64,000 nucleotides of DNA from Piromyces finnis finn (lineage: Eukaryota; Fungi; Neocallimastigomycota). The position numbers were made by a program, and so were the translations under genes. Below the pieces are notes generated by a model. The model was not told the DNA's origin, did no database searches, and saw only the letters and a list, made by a program, of their open reading frames with translations. The DNA lies in assembly GCA_002104945.1 (NCBI GenBank), contig MCFH01000008.1, forward strand, positions 248,001-312,000. Direction: 5' to 3'. Each line of letters begins with the position of its first letter. Within the stretch, counting starts at the first letter, position 1. Below are positions 39,011-52,790 of this stretch, piece after piece.

Positions 39011-42000
39011 ATATAGCATTAAAACAAGCAATAAAAATTGGTAGTATTCCAGGATTAGATCCATCATTAGCAGCTTTATTTATGACTGTAATTAAAAAAA
39101 CAGAATTAATTAATATCTCGATTCAATAAATAGAAATTATTTTATTTATCTATTCTATTATATATTAATTTATAATTGTAGAAAGATGAATTTTGGCATG
39201 AATTTCATATATATATGTTATATTTTGGATTAATTGGAATTATGGCATTTATAGCAACATTCTTAATGGACGCCTTTTTAACTATAACATCTACTCGTCA
39301 AACAACAAGAATTAGAGGATTAACTTTTAAATGTATAAACTTTTTTTTTATTGCATTAATCATATTTTAAATATAAATCAATAATACTAGTTTTCAATTT
39401 AAAAACATTAATAATACTTTATCAAAAAATATTAAAAAAAAAAAATCATTAAGAAAATAGAATATATTAATTTAATAATTTTTTATCCATAATAATAATA
39501 TAATAATATATATATTTATTAAAATAATATCCTTTAATTTTTTTTTATATACATAAAAATTTAATTCTGTGGATTGTTAATTAATGATAAACAGCCATTA
39601 TTAAACAAGAAATTGCTTGGCATGAAAAAACTAGTCCTGGTGAATTGGCTTCCAGAATTATTAGTGACACAATGTTAATTGAAGATGGTATGGGTTTTAA
39701 ACTAGGAAGTGTTATACAAAGTGTAGTTACATTTATTGGATGCTTCATTTTAGCTTATATTTCAGGATGGAAATTATCTTTAATGATGTCTATTATCATT
39801 CCAATAATTTTTATTATCGTTAGTTAGTATTACAATGAAAACTAAAATATATTCATATGAATTTTTTTTTTATTTCATAATTAATTAATGCTATTTATTT
39901 ATATATATTTATTTATTATCTTTTTATTAATACTTTTAAGTGATTATGAGTATTATATTAAAAATTTATACAAAAAAAAGTCAAGATGGATATGCCGAAT
40001 TAGGTGGTATTGCTCAGGAAGCCTTTTCTCAAATAAGAACTATTGTATCATTTGGTACGGAACAAAAAGAAATTGATCGTTATGTAGAAAAATTAAAACC
40101 AACTAGAAGATATGGTATAATTAAAGGCCATACCTTGGGTATATGTTTAGGTCTTGTATTTTGTATTATTTATTCTTCATTTGCTATCGCTTTCATCAAA
40201 GGAACTCGTTTTATTAGAGATAATGAAATGTCATACGGTAATGTTCTTAATGTTTTTATGGGAATTATGATGGGTGCAATGACACTTTCAGGTGTCGGTG
40301 CCACTTTAAGTGCTTTCAGTGAAGCTATCGGTGCTGCAACAATTATTTATGATATTATTGAAAGAAAACCATTAATAAATACAAATACAGGGTATATTCC
40401 AGATGAACCTACTCAAGGTCATATTGAATTCCAAGATGTTCATTTTAATTATCCCTCTCGTCCAGATGTAGAAATCTTAAAAGGTATTTCTTTCAAATGT
40501 TTACCTGGTCAAACAGTAGCACTAGTTGGTGCTTCCGGTTCTGGTAAGTCTACTACAGTACAATTACTCGAACGATTTTACAATAAAAAGAGTGGTAGAA
40601 TTTTAATTGATGGTAAAGATATTGAAGAATATAATATTAAATGGATTCGTTCTCAAATTGGTTTGGTATCTCAAGAACCAACCTTGTTTGACGCTTCAGT
40701 CACTAAAAATATTTCTATAAATACACCTGATGCTTCCAAAGAACAAGTAGAAGAGGCCGCTAAACTTGCTAATGCTCATGATTTTATTATGAAACTTTCC
40801 AACGGTTATGATACTAGTACTGGTGAACGAGGTTTACAATTAAGTGGTGGTCAAAAACAACGTATTTGCATTGCACGTGCTCTCATGAAAAATCCCAAAA
40901 TATTATTGTTAGATGAAGCTACCTCTGCCTTGGACAATCAATCCGAAAAGATTGTTCAATCAGCATTAGAATCTGCAGCTTCAGGTAGAACTACATTAGT
41001 TATTGCTCACCGTCTCTCCACCGTAAAAAACGCTGATTTAATTATTGTTCTAGAAAAAGGTTCAATTATTGAATCTGGTACACACGATGAATTAATGGCT
41101 CTAAAGCAATACTATTATAATTTAGTTAAAAATCAAGAAATTAAAGTTGAAGAAGAAAAAATTAAAGATGAAATTGAGATGGAAAACGAAAATGAAAACG
41201 AAAACGAATATAGTACCACCGATATTAACAAGAGTCAAGAAAGTAATTTGAATGAAATTGATAGGAATCAAAATATTTCATCACGAAGTCAATCAAAATC
41301 CCTATCCCAAAATCTAAATAGTTATGACGACTATACCATGGAGAATCCTATTGTAGGTAGAATTTCATCCAACCTAACCCTTTCATTGAACAGTCTCTCA
41401 AATGGAACCAAAAATCAATATATTATTGAAGAACGTCGAGAAAAATCTTATGGTTTTAAAGATATGCCATGGAAAAAATATATCAATATCAATAAACCCT
41501 ATTGGTTACCCAATATTTTAGGATTTTTTGGATCCGCTTGTAATGGCGCTATTCAACCAGCATTTGCATTTATTTTTTCATCTGCACTGAATACATTTAC
41601 CAAACATGGTGATGATCTAATTAAGGGAGGAGAATTTTGGGGATTAATGTTTATTCTTTTAGGGGTGTGTAATTTCATCTTCTTCTATTGTAATCTTGGA
41701 GGATTTTTCATTGCTGGAGAGCATTTATCCTATGAACTTCGACGTCGTATGTATAACTCCATGATTCGACAAGAAGTCGGATTTTTCGATACAAATGATA
41801 TTGGAGATGGTTCAGAAAAATCATCGGGTCCCAATAATAATACCGCAAGTACTGGTACCTTAACCGCAAAATTAGCCACTGAAGCAAGTTTAGTTATTGG
41901 ATTAAATTTAAACATTGGAACCATTTTCCAACAATTAGTAACCGTAATTGGTGGATTTTGTATTGCCTTTATCTATGGTTGGAAGTTAACGTTGATTTTA

Positions 42001-43275
42001 TTGATCTTGGTTCCATTCCTTTTTATAGGTTCCTATGTACGTATGCAATCCATTAAAAATCGTAGTCAAGAAAATCGTAATGTCTTTGAAAGTAGTTCCA
42101 AAGTAGCCTGTGAAGCAATTATTAGTATTAAGACAGTAGCTGCTTTAAATTTAGAAGATTACTTTGAAAACTTGTATTATCAAAAGTTGGATGAACCCAC
42201 TAAACGTCTTGAACGTCGTGCCTATATTAGTGCTATTGGTACTGGTTTTAGTAATGCCATAGCTTTTTTTGCCTATATGGTAGGTTATTGGATTGGTGCT
42301 GTATTTATTGAAAAGGGATATATGGAATTTAATAACATGTTCAAAGTAGTTATGGCTATTATTTTAACTGCCATGGCGGTAGGACAAAGTAGTAGCATTG
42401 CACCAGAAGCCAATAAAGCGATTGAAGCCTTCATACACATTTTAGAAATTATAGAGAGAAAATCAAGAATTAATGCTGAAGACGAACATGGTATTAAAAA
42501 AGAAGAAGACGGATTAAACGGAGACCTTGAATTTAAAAATATATTCTTTAGCTATCCGTCTCGTCCAAATGTTACCGTATTACAAATGGGTGATAAACAA
42601 ATTAAAATTCCAACAGGTAAAATGTGTGCCTTTGTAGGGGGTTCTGGATGTGGAAAAAGTACAATTATTGGTTTACTTCCACGTTGGTATGATGTTACCG
42701 AAGGATCAGTTAAGGTGGATGATGTTGAAAATAAAGAATATAACATTAAATGGCTTCGTCAACAAATTGGTATTGTTAATCAGGAACCATGTCTTTTCAA
42801 CATTTCTATTAAGGAAAATATTAAATATGGTAAATTGGATGCTACCGATGAAGAAATTTATGAAGCTTGTAAAAAGGCAAACATTCATGACTTTATTATG
42901 TCTCTTCCAGAAAAGTATGATACCTTAGTTGGTGGTCTTGGTACTTCACAAATGAGTGGTGGTCAAAAGCAACGTATTGCTATTGCTCGTGCTATGATTC
43001 GTAATCCAAAGATTTTATTATTAGATGAAGCTACCTCTGCTTTAGATGCCGAATCCGAATTAATTGTACAAAAAGCGTTAGAAGAAGCATCTGAAGGTCG
43101 CACCACCATTACCATTGCTCATCGTCTATCTACCATTAAAGATGCTGCACAAATTTGCGTATTTAAGGATGGTCGTATTATTGAAATGGGTAATCATGAA
43201 GATCTTATGAAGCAAAAAGGAGAATATTACAATATGGTGTTAGCAGGTGACGGTGATGTAGAAAAAAAGAAATAA
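37981..43275 (+). CDS. ABCB/MDR1-like paralog 3 (7 exons, Asn-rich N-terminal extension)
   Basis: Exons 37981-38323, 38436-38646, 38781-38862, 39010-39087, 39182-39332, 39595-39822 and 39941-43275 join in frame. Walker A GASGSGKS and GGSGCGKS, signatures LSGGQ and MSGGQ. Confidence 0.9.
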
Positions 43276-43924
43276 TTTGAGAAACAACTACAGAATACAT
43301 TAGAATATATATCCATACAATATATACATACATTTAAAAAGAAAGGATTTGAAAAATGGCTATAGAAATGCATATACTTACAATATATATACAATATATA
43401 CATGTATTTAAAAGGAAATATTATTTTATTCAAATTTCTTTACTCCATACTTTAATAAGATTTTCATAACTACTATTATATTTTTCATCATTCTTATCAC
43501 TATACATATATATATATATATCATATATCAATTTATTGTAATATATAATTATTTCATTTTCAATGTATATATAAAGCATTTATAATAATAGAAGCATAAA
43601 AAAATAATAATTCTATAAAAATCTAACTAATAAACACATATTTTTTTTTAAAACATATCAATTTAATGGTAATTAAGTTAATTTTTTAAAAATTAAGCTT
43701 GATTTATTTTTTAGTATATCATTTAATGAATGAATTGAAGAAAGGGATACATAATATTTTTTCTTTATTAATTATATATTTTATATAAATGATGGAATGC
43801 TCTTCAATATAAATATTTTTTTTATATATACTTTTCTTAATTATTATTTCACTAATAAAATTAAAAAAAATGAAATAATAAGTATTTCTTTTTTACATAT
43901 TACTAATTATTATTGTAAATTTTT

Positions 43925-44150
43925 ATATTTTCTCATTCATTGATGAATTGGGTTGAGAAATACTTTCAACACATATTTAATCATACATATTTCTAAATTT
44001 AAACTTCAAGTCCAGACGGTATGGCAATTGAATTCTATGAAGCATTAAAACATTAATTTCTTTTACAATGTTACTTTTAATAATTATTATTTTTATATAA
44101 AAACACTCAATTATATTCAGCTCAAGGAATGAATTCAATAGTATTTCCTT
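43925..44150 (+). pseudogene. Decayed fragment of a related LINE RT region
   Basis: AGT CCA GAC GGT ATG GCA ATT GAA TTC TAT GAA GCA TTA (SPDGMAIEFYEAL) aligns to LINE GPDGIPIEFYKAL (~27960-28000). Flanks TTGATGAATTGGG and GCTCAAGGAATGAATTCAATAGT match LINE CTTGATGAATGGG and GCTCTTGGAATGAATCCAGT in the same order. Stops and a frameshift are present. Confidence 0.7.
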
Positions 44151-44338
44151 TAATTTTCAATATTTCAATATTTATATTATTTATACTAAACATTCTAATA
44201 TAATGTGTTTTTTGTACAATACATTTACAATATACTTAATCTTTATTATTGATTTTTAAATAATTTTAGAATTTTCTATTTATTTTATATTGTTATTGTT
44301 ATTAAAATATAAATCAGAAATTTAAAAAAATAAAAATA

Positions 44339-44340
<2 letters not shown>

Positions 44341-44401
<61 letters not shown>

Positions 44402-44510
44402 GTTTATTATTATTATGTTTATTATTATTATTATTATTATGTTTATTATTATTATTATTATTATTATGTTTATTATTATTATTATTATTATTATTATGTT
44501 TATTATTACT
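44341..44510. repeat. Compound (TTA)n microsatellite with recurrent TGTT interruptions
   Basis: Directly visible in the sequence. Confidence 0.9.
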
Positions 44511-47500
44511 CTAATTATTACTATTACTGTTACTAAGCTTTTTTTATAAAATATTTTAATGTGGCAATTATTCTAATTTTCATATGTATTTGTATCCAAA
44601 AGAATAATTTAAAATAATGCTCGTTTTGGTCATCTACATGTATGTGGCTTTAATAATATAATCATTATGTTTTGTTTTGCTTTTCTTTGGTTCAATTTGT
44701 ACTACCTTTAATAATTGTTGAAATATGAAAAATAAATTAAACCTATCTTTCCTTACCTAAGATAAATGAAATGAATAAAATGAATAACTATTATTCATGC
44801 AATAAAATATAAATGTAATTTTTTTTTTCATCATTCATACAAAATTATATAAAATAAAACTCTTTTTTTTTTCTTATAATATTCGTAAAAAATATAATAA
44901 TAATAATAATAATTATGGATCAGATATTACATATTATTTAAATATTATATTTGTTATAATTATATATAATTAAAAAAATTTAATTATATATACAGAAAAT
45001 AATTATTTTGTTCGTGTAACATATTCTATATTTAGCAACTATCAAAACGCATAATGAATATAGATTAATATATATTCAAATAGTATTCATAATATATTAC
45101 TATAATAATTAATTTTTTCTAAATTTGAATAAAAAAAGTTTGGAATCAAAAAACAGCAAAAAGTGTCAAAAGTGTCACTCTAAAGCATCATTTGAAATTC
45201 TTGAAGAAATCGTTTCTTTACTAGCTTTCCTGTTAAGCAAAGAGCTTTTCATTTTAATAATAAATGTTAAATATACTGGAGAGTAGTTTTATATTATAGG
45301 GAAAATAGACTAATTTCTTTTGATAAATTAACATAAATTATAAATACAATAAATAAAATCAAATTAATGAATAGACAATAAAGATTAATATGATAATAGG
45401 TATTTTTTCTTTTTCTCTTTTGATCTAGAATTTTAATGGTATTCTTTATTAAATTGATGCTAGATGAATTTCAATATTATAATCATTGTATAAACTAATA
45501 TATATAAATATACATACTATATATACGGATATAATACTATTTTATATATTTATGCCATTTATTTTATATCTATACTTTTTATATATTTATACTTTCTCTT
45601 TATATATATATATATATATACTTTATAATACTTTTTCTTATATATACTACCTTTTATTATGCCATTCATGATGATATATATACTTTTTGGTTTTTCTATT
45701 TTGCCTATTGAAAACCTCCTGACTTGTTATTTATTAAAGTGACCGAAATCTAATTACTATTTAAAATTAATTTTTAATTAGTATATATTTAGTCATTGCA
45801 TTGAAAATATAGTTTCATTTATAAATAGTTTAATTTGACTATTAAAAAACCTGCATAATTAAAGGATGATCATATATATTATCAATAATGACAGCATTAT
45901 TAATATTTTTTAATATAACAATAGGTCTATTACTATCAAAAAAAAAATAATAAATAATAAACGCACGTATATATTTTGTATACTATGAATATCCTATGAA
46001 TAGCATCCTCATCAATTTTAAATTATTAATGGAAAATTATTTTAAGCTTTATTTAATAATTTTCCTAAACCTAATCGTAGGACAAAATTTTATTTGTTAA
46101 GTTGATAAATGTATGTGCTACCCACCACCACAAAAAAAATATTCTGGACTTTTAAATAAATTTTAATTTCCATTGTACATTGTGTATCTACAAATTCAAG
46201 ACAAACCATTTTTATATTAAATATTTTTTCTCAATTATAGAATATACCTTTTTTAACTAATTAAAAAGAGATTTTAACAATTTCAATAGGAAAATAAATA
46301 GAAAAATCAAGTAATAATTATATACTTTTTATTAATAAAATTGACTTTTTTTCTGATTATTTTTTTATGGCAAAAGAAATTTAAGGTAAGCTTAAATTAT
46401 TGGTAAAAAAATCGATCGTTTATCTTTACACCTACTACTAAATTAATTAATACTAAAATTGATGAATAAACCAAATCATTAAAAAAAGAGTATGGTTTAT
46501 TATACGGTAAAATATATTAATTAATACTAATTAATTGAATTATCCATAAAATAAATTAAATAACTTTTTATATATTAATATATGGATAGAATGAATAATA
46601 TGATTTACCTGTTTTGCAATAATTCAGAAAACTAATAAAAAAGATGAAGGTTAAATAATAGAAAATTTATATATATGAGACAATTATTTATTAATTAAAG
46701 TTGATTCAACATTAATTTAATACTTTCCTTTTATGTCAATATCAAATATAATAAAGTATACTTATAATATATATTTCTATTTTATTTCAAGTCTAATTAA
46801 TAAAATAAAATATTAAAACAATTAATTAAATAATAATTTTTTCGAAAATTTAATATTGTTATGATTTCTGAATTAATATAAAAAATGTTTTATTTAAATA
46901 AAATTTAATTAATTTGTGTAACCATTATAATAAAAACTAATTAAATTTATATTTAACCAATAAAAATAAATTAATTAAAAATTATATATCATTGTATGTA
47001 TTATTTATATATATTACATTTTATTCTGTTGTAGAATTTTATATAAAACTTGTGTAATATATAATACATTTAATTATTTATTGAATATATTAAAACTAAT
47101 AATATTTTATTCATTTGTATGACAATAATTATTGTGATACTTTATGATTTAAACTTATAGTTATAAATAATATATTTAATAAGTAATAATAAATGTATTA
47201 TAATGTATTATGGATATATAATTAATATATTGAAAATTTAATCAATTTCTTTTTTAAAAACTATATATAAACATTAATATAACCTTTTAAAATTACTCTT
47301 TAAAAAAAAATAAAAAAAAATAATACTACTTTTATATAAAATCAAACATTTAAAAATAAAACATTAAAAACCAAAATTTAAACTAAAAATAAATAAAAGA
47401 AATAAATAAATTTATAACCAATGAATAATTAGAAAAAAAAAAAAAACTGTAAAAATAAAACATTCTTTCATTTTACATCCAATAGTTTATAACTATAAAC

Positions 47501-48024
47501 TATAAACCAAATACAAAAACAAAAACAAAAAAAAAATAAATTTAAATTAATAAAATAAAATTAAAATAAAATTTAGACACACAGGAATTTCTATAAATAA
47601 AATTTTAAAAACATTTTTTTTTTTTTTTTTTATAGATTACACTTTATTATTATCGAAATAGAATTTATATTTTATTTTTTTAGAATAATTCAGTACTTTT
47701 TTTTTTTCTTCTTATAAACCAAGTAAAAATTTATAAAAAAAAAAAAAATAAATTTCAAATACTTTTTTTTAAAAAAAGAAAAGAAAAAGAAAATGTTTTT
47801 TAATTAAATTATAAAATTAGTTAGTTATTTTGATTAGAATACTAAGTTTATAATTAATAGAATATTTGTCAAAAAATATATAAAAATAAAATAATAATAA
47901 TAATAATATAATAATAATAATAAATAAAAATAAAAAAATATTAAATAAAAGTAGTATAGAAAATAAAAATAAAAAAAGTATTAAAAAAGTAGTATATAAA
48001 ACAAAAATCAAAACAATTTAAATA

Positions 48025-50282
48025 ATGGATGTTATGGATGAAATGTCAATGAATAACAATATAATGTTGGGTGTTAATACCCAAAGAACAGACTTTCCTA
48101 TCGATATGAATTTTATTTCTGAAGGTGATAGCATTACTGATATCTTTTTAAAAAATTCAAAAATACCAAATTCAAATGTTAATATAAATGTGTACAAAAA
48201 CGCAAATTCAAAGTATGAATTTCAAGCATTAAATGGTTATCCATTAACTTCTTTTAAAGAAGACTTTATTCACCCAAATGAATATATTTCTTCACCAGAT
48301 ATTAATAAATTGGGTTTATTAGATTCAAATGCTATATTACCAGAAAATCAAACTCTTGATGTTCCAAGAGTTAATTTTCAAAATTTAGATTTTTATCCAA
48401 ATGTTAATGATTTCACTGAAGAATATTATCCTAGTGTGAATAATCATTATAATAATATTTACTCAATCCCAAAATATAGAAAATTATCAAATTCTTATAA
48501 CAATGTTGATTTTAACGTCAACTTGATGTTAGAAAATGATGAAATAGTTACTCCTACCCTCTATAATCCAGATTTAATAATGAATAATGATGGAAATGGT
48601 TATCTCCCCTCTTTAATAAGTTCACCTGTTCCTTCACAAAATGAAAGTACTCCATATGCTAGTCCTTCCAAAATTAATGAAGGAGATTTAATGAGTACAA
48701 ATACTACCACTGCTACAGCCACTGAGCCATTCCATTTCAATTTACCTTATAATAATTCAACCGTTGGTGTTGCTGGACCTATCCCTTCTTTTCAATTTAA
48801 TCCAAACTTTAATAATAATACAACTAATGTATATTATTCAACCACTGTACCCTACCAAAATACAGTGCCACAATTAGTAAATTCACCATTAAACTCTACC
48901 AAACTTTTAACTATTGAAGAAGAATCTTCAAAAATGATTACTCCACCTACAATAGTTCATTCAAATGATACACTTCAAACTGTTCCATCTCAAATACAAG
49001 TACCTTCACAAGGTTATATAAATACAACTATTGCTTCAAATACTACTACTACCCCATTATTTAATCCAATGCCTTCACCACCAAAGATGGTCACCATGGA
49101 AAGTGTATGTCCAATGGAAACTTATTGCCGCCCTATCATTAGCACTGCTCAAACTCCATCATTTCCACAAAATGGAAATCCAACAGCTATGGTTTTAGGA
49201 ACTACCCCAGCCACAACTATGACCTATATCCCATATACTATATCAAGTCAAAATGTCAACATTAACAATGATAATTACCTTGATAAAGAAAGTTTAAAAC
49301 ATAGAAAAATATTAACTCCAACTAGAAAATTAAAAAGTACCACACCTACTAATTTATATGATAATTATATGAAAGCTAATCAATATAAATTAGAGGCCGG
49401 TGAAAAAGAGGAAATTTCTTCTATTACCAATTCACCTTCAATTTCATCAGTAGAACAAAATAAGAATGAAGTTTCACAAGAGAGTGTGTCCTCTTCTGGA
49501 GCTGAAGAAAAAAAATTAAATAAAAAACGTTCTTTAGATTCTCATGAAAAGGAAGGTAATATTAAATATTATTCTGTTTGCACCGCTAACAAGAATGATG
49601 ATTTAATAAAAACTGAAAATGAAAATATAGAAAATAAGACTATTAAAACCGAAGAAAAGGTTTGTGAAACTAAAGATACCAAAACTAAAACTGAAGATGT
49701 TACCACAACAACATCATTCGGCGCTAAAGTTTCAACGAAAGCCTTAATTGATGGTCTTGTTGCCAACCCAACTTCCTCAGCAACTGATACAAAAGGAACA
49801 ACCTCTACAAAAAAGGTTGCTAGAAGAAGAAGAACCACGAAAAAAGAAAAGCCTCCAAAACCTGATTTTTATCCATGTACTTTTATTGGTTGTGGAAAGG
49901 TCTTTACTAAACCTTATAACTTAAAATCACATATAAAAATCCACTCATCTGAAAGACCTTATAAATGTCAATATTGTAAGGCTCGTTTCACTCGTGGTCA
50001 CGATTTAAATCGTCATACCCGTTTACATACAGGTGTTAAACCATTTGAATGTCAAAAATGTAAAAAGCGTTTTTCACGTTCAGATGCATTATCTCGTCAT
50101 ATTAAAGTAAGTTGTTGTTGTGAAGTGCATTAATAAAAGCTATAAATTTTCTTTATTATACAACAAAATACTAATGTATTTTTTTTTTTATTATTTTACA
50201 ATAATAGGTTGAAGCTTGTATTGTATCAAATTTTGAAAATAAAACAAACAAAAAGGCTCAAACTGGAACAAAAAATGCTTAA
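48025..50282 (+). CDS. C2H2 zinc-finger transcription factor, Crz1-like (2 exons)
   Basis: Exons 48025-50106 and 50208-50282. Three C-terminal fingers: [67 protein letters not shown]. The YNLxSH / HDxxRH / RxDALxRH pattern is that of Crz1-family fingers. Long Ser/Thr/Pro-rich N-terminus. Confidence 0.8.
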
Positions 50283-51118
50283 ATATCAAAACCAAATTAT
50301 AATCTAATCAAATCAATAATAGCAAAACGATTAATTTATTTATTTAAAAGCGAAATTCATAAAAACACAAAAAAATTAATTTATACAAAAAAAAAAATTT
50401 TTTTTTTACACCATAACTTATTTATTTTAAACATAATTATATTATACCAAAAAAGTAAAAAAAAACCAAAAAAAGAAAAAAACCTTTAAAAATAAAAAAA
50501 AAAAAAGTAATTTATTTTAATTTATTCAATCTCTTCATTTATTTAGAAAAAGAAAAAATAGATAAAAAAAAAAGGAATATTTTAATTATTTTAGAAAAAC
50601 AAACAAACCATTCAATATATATATATTCTATCTGTATGTTGATATAAATAATATATATGTTGATAATAATTTATTTATCGTTTTTTTTAGATTTTTTTTT
50701 TTTTTTTTTTATAGATTTACCTTTAAAAGTTTTAGTAAAAAAAAAAAAGTTTTTAATTTATTAATATTTTTTTATATCAAAAAAAAAAAAAACAACGAAA
50801 CAAATTTTAAAAAAAAAATAATAATAATTCTTAATAAACATTTAAAAAAAAAAAGTTTAAAAAAAAAAAAAAAAAAGAGAAAAAATGACCAACATTTTAA
50901 TTTTTTTTTAAGATTTTATAGGATTAAATATATATATGTTTGTTTTTTTTTTTTTTTTTTTTTTATTACAACTTTTTTAAAAAAGGCTTTTTTTTTTTTT
51001 TTATAAAGGCTTTTTTTTTTTTATTTATTTTATTTTTATTTTCATTTCTATTATATTTTTTTAATCCTTTTAATGATAATTTTTTTTTTTTTTTTTTTCC
51101 TACATAAAACATTATTCC

Positions 51119-51151
<33 letters not shown>

Positions 51152-51185
51152 AAATTCTATTCCCCATGATTAATTCTATCACGAT

Positions 51186-51219
<34 letters not shown>

Positions 51220-51605
51220 GGAAAGTGAGTTGATTTGGTAGAATGTGGGTGTGGTTTGAATTATTATTTGTTAATAGACTGGTATATTCTTTTTTTTTTT
51301 TTATTATTATTATTATTATTTTTATGGATAAAAAACTGTAGATTCTATATTCCTAATAAAATGTATTTTATTCTATTGAAATAATAAAAAAAAAAAGTTT
51401 ATCTTTTTTATCTAGAATAAAAGATATGTTAAAAAAAATAAATAAATCATCGATATAATTATTGTGTATGGGTAGTGGTGGTGGTAATGATCATGATGCT
51501 ATTTATAATGACAGAATCGTCATGGTTGATATAAAGATTTTATTTTTGTGTGTGTGTGTGTATGGTTGCGCAGGGTCTTTTAAAATGTTAAATGGTGGTA
51601 ATTTA

Positions 51606-51636
<31 letters not shown>

Positions 51637-52649
51637 TTTTTGTTGGAATAATGATAATGTTGAAAAGAAAAAATAAAGGATAATACATAATATTAATAAA
51701 AATTATAATAATACTTTATATAGAGGAAGAAAAAGGAATGAAATAAAAAGTATTTATTATTAATTATTAATAAATAAATAAATAAATGCAACTTATAAAT
51801 AAATTAAAAAAGAGTAATAATAGAAAAATCATTCTAAAATGTATAAATAAATTAAATTATCTTGAGAAAAAAAAAAAAAAGATATAATCTTTGAATAATA
51901 AGATATAAAATAATAAGAGAATAGAAGAAGTAAAAAAATTGATATACATATATATTTTGTTTGCTTTGCTTTTTGTTTTGTTTTTTTGCTTTGTTTTTGT
52001 TTTGTTTTGTTTGTTTGTTTTTGTTTTTTGTATAAAAAAAAAAAAAAAATACTAATACTAATAATATATGATTATAAATAAATATTTTCTTTATAGGTGT
52101 AGTACTGCATAAATGAATGTGTTACTATTGTGTTGTTGTTTTTGCTGTTGTTATTGCTTTTAATTGTTGTTATACAAATTATATTAAATACGATTATTAA
52201 TAATAATAATATTAATAATACAAATTTCAATAGATATGGCCTTAACAATATAAATATAATGTTTTTTTTTTTTAAAAAAAATTTTTAGAAATTTCATTAT
52301 ATTTGTTGTTTTTTGTTTGTTTGTTTGTTTGTTTTTTGGGAAGGTTTTTTTTTGAAATTTTGAAATTTTGAAATTTTTATGCTGAATAATTGTTTCTTCA
52401 GAAAAAAAATGAATAAAAAAAAAAAAAAGAGGGGTATTGCTATTGAAATATAGTGGTGGTATTGTTGTTATTATTATTGTTACTGTTATATTTATGATAA
52501 TAATAATAATAAAAAAAAAAAATGTTTTTTTTTTTTAATCTTTTTTTTTTTTTTATAAAAAAATAATGGAAATGATGATGATGATGATGATCTAATTCAA
52601 ATATTGATATTATTTTTTTTTTTTTACTTTATTATTGTTGTAGTTACTG

Positions 52650-52681
<32 letters not shown>

Positions 52682-52790
52682 CAGTTATTTCATTATAGAG
52701 TTTAAAAAAAGAAATGGAAAAAGCGGATGAAAAAAAAAAAATTAAATTAGTAGAATTTTGATAGAGTGAGTTAACCATTAAATAAAAAAT

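Noticed and set aside
45120-45300. AAG TTT GGA ATC AAA AAA (KFGIKK) resembling the RT motif EFGIQK
   Set aside because: Too short and A-rich, with no convincing flanking alignment.
43276-48025. Regulatory link between the Crz1-like gene and the ABCB array
   Set aside because: Only proximity supports it. I saw no convincing cluster of Crz1-type sites upstream of the transporters.
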